NCBI GenBank assembly: GCA_913046215.1
Contig: CAJWRJ010000004.1
Coordinates: forward strand, 2,898 to 66,897
DNA length: 64,000 bases
Direction of reading: 5' to 3'
Source of the DNA: an uncultured Legionellales bacterium
Lineage (GTDB): Bacteria; Pseudomonadota; Gammaproteobacteria; Eutrophobiales; Eutrophobiaceae
Positions 32,132-42,158 of the stretch are shown here, piece after piece. Both the position numbers and the translations under genes were made by a program. Below the pieces are notes generated by a model that saw nothing but the letters and a program-made list of their open reading frames with translations, was not told the origin of the DNA and searched no databases. How positions within the stretch are numbered: position 1 is the stretch's first letter; every line of letters starts with the position of its first letter.

Positions 32132-32887
32132 CTATTTTTTCACTCCGAGAATTACATTTCTATTTTTAAGTTCTTGAACAATTTCCTGTCCCCCATTGAG
32201 AATGACATCAGGGTTTGGATGATTCAATTCTTGAGCTACGTTTAAAATAATATCCCTGGTAGTTTTCTTAATATTAGTTTGTAATTTTTGAAATAATCTT
32301 GCGGTAACTTTATTAAGCTCAATAAAACCAATATCAAAAAAGATATCTCGATATACAACCAGATAAGTTAGTTCATTAGGCTTTACTTTGGGGCAAAAAT
32401 CACTGCTTATTCTATGTACAGGCCAATTATAGACAAGTGCTTCTGTTAGTGGACTAACAACAGGAATACCATCAAGCAGACTTGAATCTTTATCAACATT
32501 ATCAAAACATAATTCCCTCATATCTTGAGCTAGAGAGATTTCGATCCACTCGTAGTGGGCAAGCTCTAAATAAAATTTCGGAATTTTGATTCCAATCTGT
32601 TTTTTTTCTAAAAATTTTAAAAATTCTAATGGTGCTTTAGGGAAATATGGTGTCTTTGATTTATGATTTTTTATGAAATTACGAATAATTATATTCCAAT
32701 CATCACCGCTAGTTATATCTCGAAGTACTGGAAAACTTTTCGAAATCAAATTTTCTATATTATTAAAAATAAGTTCTGAATATAAAGAGATTCTTCTAGA
32801 CTCAATACCATCGGGTAATGCTGCATTTTGAGGGTCTCTCATATGTCGTGTAAATATTTCTACTTCTTTTATAAATTTTTTTGTCAT
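32132..32887 (-). CDS. DUF2063-containing MNIO partner protein (HvfC/BufC-like)
   Basis: HMRDP, RRISLYSELIFNNI, FPV and ELAHYEWIE; directly downstream of DUF692. Confidence 0.88.
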   Translation of the reverse strand: MTKKFIKEVEIFTRHMRDPQNAALPDGIESRRISLYSELIFNNIENLISKSFPVLRDITSGDDWNIIIRNFIKNHKSKTPYFPKAPLEFLKFLEKKQIGIKIPKFYLELAHYEWIEISLAQDMRELCFDNVDKDSSLLDGIPVVSPLTEALVYNWPVHRISSDFCPKVKPNELTYLVVYRDIFFDIGFIELNKVTARLFQKLQTNIKKTTRDIILNVAQELNHPNPDVILNGGQEIVQELKNRNVILGVKK

Positions 32888-32908
32888 TTTCTTATGCGCT
32901 AATTATAG

Positions 32909-33733
32909 TTACCATCCATTCAAAATCTGCTTTGACTTAATCATCTCTACTTCCTTTAATAACTTTTCAAATTTTGGAATATTAAAGTCTCTTTCAAGTA
33001 GAGTTGGGAAAACACCGAAATACTGATATGCCTTTTCTAATAATGACCAAACTGGATCAATGACATCAGCGCCGTGCGTATCAACCAAAAGATCAATGTC
33101 TTCATTGTAATGACCAGCTATATGTGAATATGCAATTCGTTCTTTTGGAAGTGCTTTTAGAAAACTTTCTGCTTCATAATTATGATTTATGCTATTTACA
33201 TAAATATTATTAATATCAACTAAAAGCTCACAGTCTGCTTCTTCAAGAATTGATTTAATAAATTCGATTTCCTTTAACTCTTGGCCTGGAGCAGCATAAT
33301 AAGAAACATTTTCTATTGCGATACGTTTACCAATAATTTCTTGAGCTCTCTTAATTCGTGAAGAGACATATTTAACTGCTTCCTCAGTAAATGGTATTGG
33401 TAATAAATCATATAAATATCCCTCATCAGCACAATAACTTAAATGTTCGCTGTATATTTGTATATTATGAGTATCAATAAATTTTTTTATGCATTTAAGA
33501 AATTCTTCATCTAATGGCGCCATACCACCTAAATTTAGAGAAAGCCCGTGACAGACGAATGGAAATTGCTCTGTTAGTGAACGAAAAATGTAAGCATCAC
33601 GTCCTCCGACTTCGACCCAGTTTTCTGGGGCAATTTCTAAAAAGTCGATTTTGTGAGATATATTATCGAGTTGTTTTAAAAAGGATTTACGTAAACCAAG
33701 GCCTGCGCCCTGAACAGAGTATGATTTTGACAT
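32909..33733 (-). CDS. DUF692 multinuclear non-heme iron oxidative enzyme (MNIO; HvfB/BufB-like)
   Basis: GAGLGLR, EIAPENW, HGLSLNLG, SEHL, DLLP, IEN, DINNIYVN, HIAGH, DTHG, LLERD. Confidence 0.95.
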   Translation of the reverse strand: MSKSYSVQGAGLGLRKSFLKQLDNISHKIDFLEIAPENWVEVGGRDAYIFRSLTEQFPFVCHGLSLNLGGMAPLDEEFLKCIKKFIDTHNIQIYSEHLSYCADEGYLYDLLPIPFTEEAVKYVSSRIKRAQEIIGKRIAIENVSYYAAPGQELKEIEFIKSILEEADCELLVDINNIYVNSINHNYEAESFLKALPKERIAYSHIAGHYNEDIDLLVDTHGADVIDPVWSLLEKAYQYFGVFPTLLERDFNIPKFEKLLKEVEMIKSKQILNGW

Positions 33734-33742
33734 TTCATTAAT

Positions 33743-34042
33743 TTATGACTTTTTACTGCCGCACTTGCCTTCACCGCACTTGCCTTCACCGCACTTGCCT
33801 TCGTTATCCTTTTTCTCTTTCTTCTTTTCTTTGTTGGTTTTTTTACTGCCGCACTTACCTTCACCGCACTTACCTTCACCGCACTTACCTTCGTGACCAT
33901 CAGCAAGCATGTAACCGGTACCTAATCCTCTAATTTCAAAAGGATTTTCACTGGCATTTGCAATAGGGTTCAACGTTATACTAATTGTAAAACCTGCCCC
34001 AATTGCAACAACGTATGGATTAATTTTATTTTTTTTCAACAT
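33743..34042 (-). CDS. Secreted RiPP precursor with six EGKCG repeats (HvfA/oxazolin-like)
   Basis: Sec-type signal ending ANA-S, NPF and GY motifs, then (EGKCG)x3-SKK, a Lys-rich linker, (EGKCG)x3-SKKS; GGAG SD upstream. Confidence 0.92.
   Translation of the reverse strand: MLKKNKINPYVVAIGAGFTISITLNPIANASENPFEIRGLGTGYMLADGHEGKCGEGKCGEGKCGSKKTNKEKKKEKKDNEGKCGEGKCGEGKCGSKKS
33750..33894. repeat. Two ~55-bp blocks 90 bp apart, each a triple 15-bp tandem repeat
   Basis: Coding-strand units GAAGGCAAGTGCGGY (block 33750-33804) and GAAGGTAAGTGCGGY (block 33840-33894). Confidence 0.95.
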
Positions 34043-34077
34043 AATAAATCTCCAACAATTTATAAATACTATAAAAA

Positions 34078-34105
34078 TATGACATTTTACGAATTAGATT
34101 GTTCA
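34078..34105 (-). promoter_or_regulatory. Candidate ECF (sigmaE-like) promoter of the RiPP operon
   Basis: The minus strand reads TGAAC-N17-GTCATA, with the same GAAC-to-GTC spacing as GAACTT-N16-TCTGA promoters. Confidence 0.4.
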
Positions 34106-34118
34106 AATACCCTATGTT

Positions 34119-35606
34119 TTATTTCTGTCTCAAATGGGGAAACAAAATAACATCTCGTATTGAGGCTGAATCGGTTAAAAACATTACTAATCTATCGATA
34201 CCAATGCCCTCTCCAGCTGTTGGCGGCATACCATACTCAAGCGCTTTTATATAATCATCATCAAAGTGCATGGCCTCATCATCTCCTGCTTCTTTATCTT
34301 CAACCTGTTTTCTAAATCGTTCAGCTTGATCCTCTGGGTCATTTAATTCAGAAAAACCATTTGCGATTTCTCGACCAGCAATAAAAAACTCAAATCTATC
34401 AGTAACAAAAGGATCATCGTTATTCTTTCTCGCTAATGGAGAAACTTCAGTAGGAAATTGTGTTATAAAAGTTGGTGATAATAACTTCGATTCAACCGTT
34501 TTTTCAAAAATTTCTACCTGAATTTTACCTAATCCATAGCTATCCTCTATGAATACATCTAATTCTTTAGCAATACTGCGAATTTTTTCTAATGACCTTA
34601 GATCTTCATCGGATATAGTCTTATTATATTTCAAAATAGATTCAAATAATGACAATCTCTCAAATGGTTTTCCTAAATCATAAACCTGTTCTTGATAAGT
34701 AACTTCGTGAGTATTGAAAAGATTTAAAGTCAACTCACGCATCATATTTTCAGTTAAATTCATTAAATCTTCATAATCAGAATAGGCCTGATAAAATTCA
34801 AGCATTGTAAACTCTGGATTATGCCTAGGAGACAATCCTTCGTTTCTAAAACTACGGTTTATTTCAAATACTTTCTCGATTCCACCAACAACCAAACGTT
34901 TCAAATATAATTCTGGTGCGATACGAAGAAAAAGTTCCATATCTAAACTATTATGATGAGTGATAAAAGGTCTAGCAGTTGCTCCTCCTGGAATAACATG
35001 CATCATGGGTGTTTCGACTTCTATATAATTTTCACTCTTTAAATATGAGCGTATAAAATCTATGATCTTTGATCTTATTTTAAATGTATTGCGTGTTTTC
35101 TCATTCATAATCAGATCAACATAACGTTGACGATAACGAAGTTCTTGGTCTGTTAAGCCATGATATTTTTCAGGTAGCGGTCTAAGTGATTTAGTCAGCA
35201 ATTCAATAGAATTTACATGGATACTCAACTCACCTTTATTAGTCTTCATAAGAGTACCGGTAGCACCAATAATGTCACCAATATCCCATTTTTTAAATCC
35301 ATCGTTATATATTCCGTCTGGTAAATCATCGCGTCTAACATATAACTGAATTTGGCCAAACATATCTTGAATATGTGCAAAAGAAGCTTTTCCCATGATT
35401 CTTCTGCTCATCATTCTGCCAGCAATAGAAACCTTAATCGGAGTATTTTCAAGATCTTCTTTTGATTTATTCTCATATTTAGAATGTAAATCAGAAGAAA
35501 ATGAATCGCGTTTAAATTGATTTGAATATGCAACGCCAGTATTTCTTAATTCTTTTAAATCTTGGCGACGTTGTAAGATTAAATCATTTTCGTTATCTGT
35601 AGTCAT
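34119..35606 (-). CDS. lysS: Lysine--tRNA ligase (class II)
   Basis: [43 protein letters not shown]. Confidence 0.98.
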   Translation of the reverse strand: MTTDNENDLILQRRQDLKELRNTGVAYSNQFKRDSFSSDLHSKYENKSKEDLENTPIKVSIAGRMMSRRIMGKASFAHIQDMFGQIQLYVRRDDLPDGIYNDGFKKWDIGDIIGATGTLMKTNKGELSIHVNSIELLTKSLRPLPEKYHGLTDQELRYRQRYVDLIMNEKTRNTFKIRSKIIDFIRSYLKSENYIEVETPMMHVIPGGATARPFITHHNSLDMELFLRIAPELYLKRLVVGGIEKVFEINRSFRNEGLSPRHNPEFTMLEFYQAYSDYEDLMNLTENMMRELTLNLFNTHEVTYQEQVYDLGKPFERLSLFESILKYNKTISDEDLRSLEKIRSIAKELDVFIEDSYGLGKIQVEIFEKTVESKLLSPTFITQFPTEVSPLARKNNDDPFVTDRFEFFIAGREIANGFSELNDPEDQAERFRKQVEDKEAGDDEAMHFDDDYIKALEYGMPPTAGEGIGIDRLVMFLTDSASIRDVILFPHLRQK

Positions 35607-35682
35607 AATCCTATTAATTTATTAAAAATAATTTATCAAAAAAGAGATAGTAACAAAAAAGCTATATTCTATGATATGAAGA

Positions 35683-36781
35683 TTATAGTCCACTTTTTAA
35701 ACTCGCTTCGATAAATGCATCCAAATCTCCATCCAGAACAGCCTGTGTATTGCCTGTTTCTATCGATGTTCTCAAGTCTTTAATGCGCGATTGATCAAGG
35801 ACATACGATCTTATTTGACTACCCCATCCAATATCAGCCTTCGAATCTTCTAGCACTTGTTTCTCCGAATGCAATTTTTGCATTTCAAATTCATATAATT
35901 TAGCTCTCAACTGTTTCATAGCATGATCTTTATTTTTATGTTGGGAACGATCGCTTTGACATTGAGTAACAATACCACTTGGAATATGAGTTAATCTCAC
36001 TGCTGAATCTGTTTTATTAACATGTTGCCCACCAGCACCACTTGCCCTATATGTGTCTACACGTATGTCAGATGGATTTAAATCTATTTCAATACTGTCA
36101 TCAATCTCTGGTGATACAAAAACAGAAGCAAAAGAAGTATGACGACGATTACCTGAATCGAAAGGAGATTTTCTAACTAGCCGATGCACACCGGTTTCTG
36201 TACGTAACCACCCATATGCATACTCCCCTATAAATTGAATCGTTGCACTTTTTATTCCAGCGACTTCCCCTGGGGATGCTTCTAATAAGTCTACCTTTAA
36301 GTTATGTTTTTCTCCCCATCGTAAATACATACGTAATAACATTTCCGCCCAATCTTGTGCTTCAGTTCCACCAGAACCAGATTGGATATCGACGAATGCA
36401 TTATTGATATCCATCTCACCAGAAAACATACGCCTAAATTCAAGGTTACTTAATTTCTTTTCGCTATTATCAAGATCAGTAAGAACCACCTCAATAGTTT
36501 CACTATCGCCCTCTTCTTCAGCTAATTTTAATAATTCTAGTGATTCAGAAAGAGATTCTTGCAGAGAATCTATTGTTGTAACAATATTTTCGAGATAGGC
36601 ACGCTCTTTTCCTAGATTCTGAGCATATTCAGCATTGTTCCATATATCAGGCTGCTCAAGCTCTCTTAATACCTCTACTAAACGCTCAGATCTTTCATCG
36701 TATTCAAAGGTACCCCCTAAGCAGTTCTATGCGCGCCTTCATATCAGATATTTTTGTGAGAAGTGGATTTATTTCGAGCAT
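35683..36781 (-). CDS. prfB: Peptide chain release factor 2 with programmed +1 frameshift
   Basis: ATG at 36781 gives 25 codons (MLEINPLL...LRGYL), then AGGGGG-TAC-CTT-TGA. The +1 frame continues into the 35683..36489 ORF, which has the SPF and GGQ motifs. Confidence 0.96.
36703..36718 (-). promoter_or_regulatory. prfB +1 frameshift cassette
   Basis: Internal SD AGGGGG, then TAC CTT TGA A. Confidence 0.92.
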
Positions 36782-36847
36782 TTAATTCGAAGCCTTGAAA
36801 TTTTGTTAATATTTATTCTATAAGAACTAGCCATATAGTATCAAAAA

Positions 36848-38578
36848 TTAGTGTAGTTCGATATGTTCTATCAGTAATTGAATTTGATGATGACCTTGAA
36901 AATCATTTATTCCTAGTCGATATGTAGAAATAATGTTGTCTTGATTAGGCGGCCAATCCTTGTCATTTTTATTAAACGCAATAGCATCCAATGTAGTATT
37001 ATCATTAACCAACTGAAGTTTAAGCTTTAGATGATTTTTGCCAACAATATACCTATCGAGCACCTTAAATTTCCCCAAAAATAGAGGCTCCGGAAATGAT
37101 TGGCCCCAAGGTCCAGCATCGCTTATAGCTTGAACTAGTGACATTGAAAAATCACTATTTGATAACTCGCCATCAGTTAAACAAATGTCTTCCATATCCT
37201 CCGTTGATATATTTTTTTTAACCATTTGATTAAATACATTTGAGAATTCCACAAATCTAGATTTTTTAATAGTTAGGCCTGCTGCCATAGCATGACCTCC
37301 AAACGCTAGTATTAAATCAGGATGCAGTCTTGCAATTTCATCAAAAACATCTTTAATATGAAGCCCGCTAATAGATCGTGCTGAACCTTTTAAAACTTTC
37401 TCATCATCTTTTGCAAAGATAACGACAGGACGATTAAATGTATCTTTAATTTTAGAAGCTAGTATGCCTACCACACCTTGATGCCAATCACTGTTATAAA
37501 TACAAATACCATCTGGAACCTCTGCTGAGACGTTCTCAACATATTCTGATAAAATTGATAGTGCTTGCTTTTCCATGTTATTTTGAATTACACGTCTTTC
37601 TAAATTAATTTTATTTAGTCTCTCAGCAAATTTAATTGCATCTTCAACATTATCAGTAAGTAAACACTCAATGCCTAATGACATGTCAGTTAAACGTCCT
37701 GCAGCATTAAGTCTTGGTGCAACAGCATAACCAAGATCTGAGGCTGTTAAATTTTCTAACTGCCTTCCTGCTTGCCTGAGTAATGCTGTAATACCTACCT
37801 TAGATTTATTTTTTCTCATAAGTTTTAATCCATGCGCGACCATTGTTCTATTATTTTTGTCTAACGGAACAAGATCGGCAACTGTGCCCAAAGCAACCAA
37901 GTCTAAAAAATTTGCAAGATTAGGAAAAACAATATTATTTTTCTCAAACCAACCTATTTCTTTTAGTTTTGAGCGCAAGGCAAGGAGAATATAAAAAATT
38001 ACACCTACGCCCGCTAAATTTTTGCTCGGAAACTCATCATCAATAAGCTGTGGATTTATAATTACATTAGCATTTGGTAGCTCGTTGCCAGGTAAATGAT
38101 GGTCTGTTATCAATACACTGACCCCTTGATTTCTTGCATACTCAACGCCATTTACACTAGATATTCCATTATCCACCGTGATAATTAAATCTGGTTCGTA
38201 TTCCAATGCAACCTTAACAATTTCGCATGATAGGCCATAGCCATGTTCAAATCGATTAGGAACGATATATGTAATATCCTTTGCACCCATTGCTGTTAAA
38301 CCACGTATTGCAAGAGCGCAACTTGTTGCTCCATCTGTATCAAAGTCTGCTACAACTAATATTCTTTTTTTTAGTTTGAGCATTTCTTGCAACAGAGTAA
38401 CTGCGCTATTAATACTGCTAAGTTTTTCGAATGAAACTAAAGAACTAAGAGAATAATCTATATCGTCAATACATTTAACATTTCTTGAAGCATAGATACG
38501 TTTCAAAACAGGGTGAATAGAATCTGGAAGATTAGCATCGACTGATACATGTCTTTCAACAATTTTTTTATTAAACAC
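36848..38578 (-). CDS. recJ: ssDNA-specific exonuclease RecJ
   Basis: DFDTDG, TVDNG, TDHH, GTVAD, PRLNAAGR, GGHAMAAG. Confidence 0.97.
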   Translation of the reverse strand: MFNKKIVERHVSVDANLPDSIHPVLKRIYASRNVKCIDDIDYSLSSLVSFEKLSSINSAVTLLQEMLKLKKRILVVADFDTDGATSCALAIRGLTAMGAKDITYIVPNRFEHGYGLSCEIVKVALEYEPDLIITVDNGISSVNGVEYARNQGVSVLITDHHLPGNELPNANVIINPQLIDDEFPSKNLAGVGVIFYILLALRSKLKEIGWFEKNNIVFPNLANFLDLVALGTVADLVPLDKNNRTMVAHGLKLMRKNKSKVGITALLRQAGRQLENLTASDLGYAVAPRLNAAGRLTDMSLGIECLLTDNVEDAIKFAERLNKINLERRVIQNNMEKQALSILSEYVENVSAEVPDGICIYNSDWHQGVVGILASKIKDTFNRPVVIFAKDDEKVLKGSARSISGLHIKDVFDEIARLHPDLILAFGGHAMAAGLTIKKSRFVEFSNVFNQMVKKNISTEDMEDICLTDGELSNSDFSMSLVQAISDAGPWGQSFPEPLFLGKFKVLDRYIVGKNHLKLKLQLVNDNTTLDAIAFNKNDKDWPPNQDNIISTYRLGINDFQGHHQIQLLIEHIELH

Positions 38579-38589
38579 GCATAACCTCT

Positions 38590-39597
38590 TTATGAAATAA
38601 AACTTTTTTGGTCTCTCCAGAAATAATAACGACTATACTTACTGATATAAATTGAATTTATATCAGTCTCTATTATTAATTGATCAATATTTTTTCTCTC
38701 AAGGGCATCGGATAGTGGTGAAAACCAATTTATCTCATATCGAACCAGCATTTCTACCCATTCATCGAAGTTATGGTAGTTCCTAAATCTATCGAATTCA
38801 CCTATAACAAAAAGATTAGAAAAATTTGAATTTATATCTTCTATTTCGTCAAATTTTTCTGGTAATTTCTTAAAAGGTGTTGCTGATATAATAGATAATC
38901 CTTCTGATATAACTTCATCTCCATATACCGATGACCAAGTTCTATCTATTATGCTGGGTAACTTACCACAACCCCAAAACCACACGCTGTTGATCGGTAA
39001 TTTCTTTTCCTCTTCACGCTTAAAATTAATTTCTACATCATGCAAACTCATTTGAATATCGTTAATTAATTGTTCTATATTAATGTTGTTACTTTTCTTT
39101 GGCATATGAGGAAGAATATCTTGGCCGATAACTGAATCAATAGGAGTTGTGCTTAATTCCATCCCTTCATTTAATTTGATATACCACCGGAAAGGGCTTG
39201 GAACCTCTAATTGAAGATTATAGGACTCTAATAAACCATTAATTACTGCTGCGTACTCAAGTGCATCATGTTGTGTTATGTTGAATTGACTGCTATCTGA
39301 TAACTTAAGTCTATTTCCATTTGTGCTCACATGAACTGGATCAACTCGAACCCAAACTCCATCAGGATATTGATCACTATCAATCAAACGTGATATTGAA
39401 GCAATCGGCAAATCATTCAGTCCGTTTTGCTTTAAACCAAATAGATCACACAACGCGTAACTGAATGAGTTTAATTTGCGTAACTTTGTGAAACCTTTTT
39501 TTAAAAACCAATTTAAAGCTGGTGCATTAGGTAAATCATCTGGGAAGGCAATACCAGATCCAAATAAACCAGGTATAAAAATAGTCAAGCTACGCAT
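38590..39597 (-). CDS. Conserved hypothetical protein upstream of recJ (COG4255-like)
   Basis: DPVH, IQMSLH and PINSVWFWG motifs; synteny with recJ. Confidence 0.7.
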   Translation of the reverse strand: MRSLTIFIPGLFGSGIAFPDDLPNAPALNWFLKKGFTKLRKLNSFSYALCDLFGLKQNGLNDLPIASISRLIDSDQYPDGVWVRVDPVHVSTNGNRLKLSDSSQFNITQHDALEYAAVINGLLESYNLQLEVPSPFRWYIKLNEGMELSTTPIDSVIGQDILPHMPKKSNNINIEQLINDIQMSLHDVEINFKREEEKKLPINSVWFWGCGKLPSIIDRTWSSVYGDEVISEGLSIISATPFKKLPEKFDEIEDINSNFSNLFVIGEFDRFRNYHNFDEWVEMLVRYEINWFSPLSDALERKNIDQLIIETDINSIYISKYSRYYFWRDQKSFIS

Positions 39598-39677
39598 TAG
39601 CGAGCATCCTTTTAGAAAGAAACATCACAACTAATAATTTGTATTATGCGATAACTTATTGTCGCATCAATTTATTC

Positions 39678-40811
39678 TTACATATTATTTAATATAGCCG
39701 ATTTAACTTGTGTTAGTGAAGCTTCGACTTTAACAACTGGGGCTGTACTTTGATTGATGGCTATATCTGGATCCTTAAGCCCATGCCCTGTCAGTGTACA
39801 AACAATGCAACTATTACTTGGAATTTTTCCAGATTCTACATCACGTAATGCTCCAGCTAATGAGGCAGCTGAAGCGGGTTCACAAAATATGCCTTCTTTT
39901 TCGGCCAGCATTTTTTGTGTTGCTAATATTTCATTGTCACTACATCTATCGAACCATCCACCCGATTCTTTATTAACAGTCCATGCATAATCCCATGATT
40001 GGGGATAGCCAATTCGAATTGCGGTAGCAATTGTCTCTGGCTTATCAACCATATCGCCCTGAATAAAAGGTGCGGCTCCGCTTGCCTGATAACCCAGCAT
40101 CTTCGGACGTGTTTTAGCTATTTGCTCGTTTGAAAGATTACCGATTTTGCTAGTACACGCATTTGTAAACAAACTACTATCAGCACAAGCATACTCGCTA
40201 TACCCAAGCCAATGGGCGGTAATATTTCCAGCATTACCTACCGGAAGACAATGGAAATCAGGCGCTCTACCCAATTGTTCTATAATTTCAAAAGCAGCAG
40301 TTTTCTGTCCTTGTAAACGAAATGGATTAATAGAATTAACAATTGTCACTGGCGCCTCATCAGCAACCTCCTTTACAAGTCGCATTCCATCATCAAAGTT
40401 ACCCTTAACTTGAAGAATAATAGCGCCTTCTATCATTGCCTGTGCTAGTTTTCCCTGCGCAATCTTACCATCCGGAATTACAATAAATGCAGTAATGCCA
40501 GCTCGCGCTGCGTAAGCTGCTGCAGATGCTGACGTATTTCCTGTTGAGGCACAAATAATTGCCTTCGCACCGTTCTCAACTGCTTTGGTAACCGCCATAG
40601 TCATACCACGGTCTTTAAATGAACAGGTAGGATTTAATCCTTCGTACTTCACATAAATATCAACATCTTTATCAAGTAATGACGGAATATTATGTAATTT
40701 AATTAAAGGTGTATTTCCTTCTCCCAAACTAATAATTTGAGTTGATTCACTTACGGGTAGTCGATCCCGATAGTGTTCTATTAATCCAGTATAAATTTTC
40801 TTTGAACTCAT
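39678..40811 (-). CDS. thrC: Threonine synthase
   Basis: KYEGLNPTCSFKDRG, ASTGNTS, PVGNAGN, TGHGLKD. Confidence 0.95.
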   Translation of the reverse strand: MSSKKIYTGLIEHYRDRLPVSESTQIISLGEGNTPLIKLHNIPSLLDKDVDIYVKYEGLNPTCSFKDRGMTMAVTKAVENGAKAIICASTGNTSASAAAYAARAGITAFIVIPDGKIAQGKLAQAMIEGAIILQVKGNFDDGMRLVKEVADEAPVTIVNSINPFRLQGQKTAAFEIIEQLGRAPDFHCLPVGNAGNITAHWLGYSEYACADSSLFTNACTSKIGNLSNEQIAKTRPKMLGYQASGAAPFIQGDMVDKPETIATAIRIGYPQSWDYAWTVNKESGGWFDRCSDNEILATQKMLAEKEGIFCEPASAASLAGALRDVESGKIPSNSCIVCTLTGHGLKDPDIAINQSTAPVVKVEASLTQVKSAILNNM

Positions 40812-40820
40812 TTAATTATC

Positions 40821-42134
40821 CTAACCAAATGTTTCCATGCGAATTCGTATTACTTTTCCATTTATTGCATCTAATTTTTCAATTTTAGCAATAGCATTAT
40901 TCATTTCTTTTTCTTTTATACATTGTGTCAAAAAAATAACAGGGATACAGCTTTCATTTTCCATAGGTTCTTTTTGTAAAATTGCCTCTATACTAATATT
41001 TGAATCGCCAAGTATTTTTGTTACACCAGCTACAACACCCGGTTTATCTATTACGTGCATACGAAGATAAAAGGCTGTTTCAGTTTCTTCAATTGGTAAG
41101 ATATTAATATTCGATAATGCATCGGGCTGAAATGCTAGATGAGGTACCCGGTTTTCAGGATCTGTTGTTAATGCACGAACAACGTCAACAATATCTGCAA
41201 CAATGGCGGAGGCTGTTGGTTCAGAACCAGCACCAGCACCGTAATAAAGTGTTGGTCCAACAGCATCACTTTTAACCAAAACAGCATTCATTACGCCATC
41301 AACATTAGCGATTAAACGACGTTCCGGAATTAGAGTGGGATGAACACGTTGTTCAACTCCATTTTTAACTTTACGTGAAATACCAAGGTGTTTAATACGA
41401 TATCCCAATTCTTCTGCATATAGAACATCTTGCTTTTCGATTTTTGTTATACCCTCAGTATAGGTTTTGTCAAATTGTAGAGGCATTCCAAATGCAATTG
41501 AGCCAAGTATGGTTAATTTATGTGCGGCATCAATACCCTCAATATCAAAGGTTGGGTCTGCTTCAGCATAACCAAGTGACTGAGCCTCTTTAAGAACATC
41601 TTTAAAATCACGTCCTTTGTCCCGCATCTCCGTCAATATAAAATTACCAGTACCGTTAATAATCCCGGCAATCCATTCGATTTGATTTGCAGCTAAGCCC
41701 TCGCGAACAGCCTTAATAATAGGAATACCTCCAGCAACAGCTGCTTCAAATGCAACAGTCACCCCTTTTTTCTGAGCAGATGCAAAAATCTCATTGCCAT
41801 GTAAAGCAATCAACGCTTTATTTGCTGTAATAACATGTTTACCATTTTCGATCGCTTTTAAAACCAATTCTTTTGCTGGCGAATAACCGCCTATTAATTC
41901 AATAATAATTTCAACATCGGGATTATCAACAACTAAAAAAGGATCGTTTGTAATATTTGTAATCTTGTTTAAACCAACAATAGCATCTGCATCATATTCT
42001 TTTGCCGCAGCAAAAGTTATTTGAATATCACGACCTGCTCGTCTTGCGATTTCATCTGCATTACGTGCGAGCACACTGACCGTGCCACCGCCAACAGTTC
42101 CTAAACCAAGAAGCCCTATTTTAACAGGTTGCAT
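40821..42134 (-). CDS. hom: Homoserine dehydrogenase with C-terminal ACT domain
   Basis: GLGTVGGG, FEAAVAGGIP, GYAEADP. Confidence 0.96.
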   Translation of the reverse strand: MQPVKIGLLGLGTVGGGTVSVLARNADEIARRAGRDIQITFAAAKEYDADAIVGLNKITNITNDPFLVVDNPDVEIIIELIGGYSPAKELVLKAIENGKHVITANKALIALHGNEIFASAQKKGVTVAFEAAVAGGIPIIKAVREGLAANQIEWIAGIINGTGNFILTEMRDKGRDFKDVLKEAQSLGYAEADPTFDIEGIDAAHKLTILGSIAFGMPLQFDKTYTEGITKIEKQDVLYAEELGYRIKHLGISRKVKNGVEQRVHPTLIPERRLIANVDGVMNAVLVKSDAVGPTLYYGAGAGSEPTASAIVADIVDVVRALTTDPENRVPHLAFQPDALSNINILPIEETETAFYLRMHVIDKPGVVAGVTKILGDSNISIEAILQKEPMENESCIPVIFLTQCIKEKEMNNAIAKIEKLDAINGKVIRIRMETFG

Positions 42135-42158
42135 AATATAAATTCTCTTACTTAATCT

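Noticed and set aside
33750-33894. Repeat array considered as a mini-CRISPR
   Set aside because: Contiguous 15-bp coding repeats with no unique spacers and no cas genes.
33676-33933. Repetitive alternative-frame ORFs (VKVSA/VKASA and HRTCL/HRTYL repeats)
   Set aside because: By-products of the 15-bp EGKCG repeats; only the EGKCG frame has an SD, a signal peptide and family context.
35683-36489. Apparently truncated RF2 (268 aa) as a pseudogene
   Set aside because: Explained by the programmed +1 frameshift; the full gene starts at 36781.
39646-39667. Hairpin downstream of thrC
   Set aside because: On the transcribed minus strand it has a C-A mismatch and no U tract, so it is not a convincing terminator.
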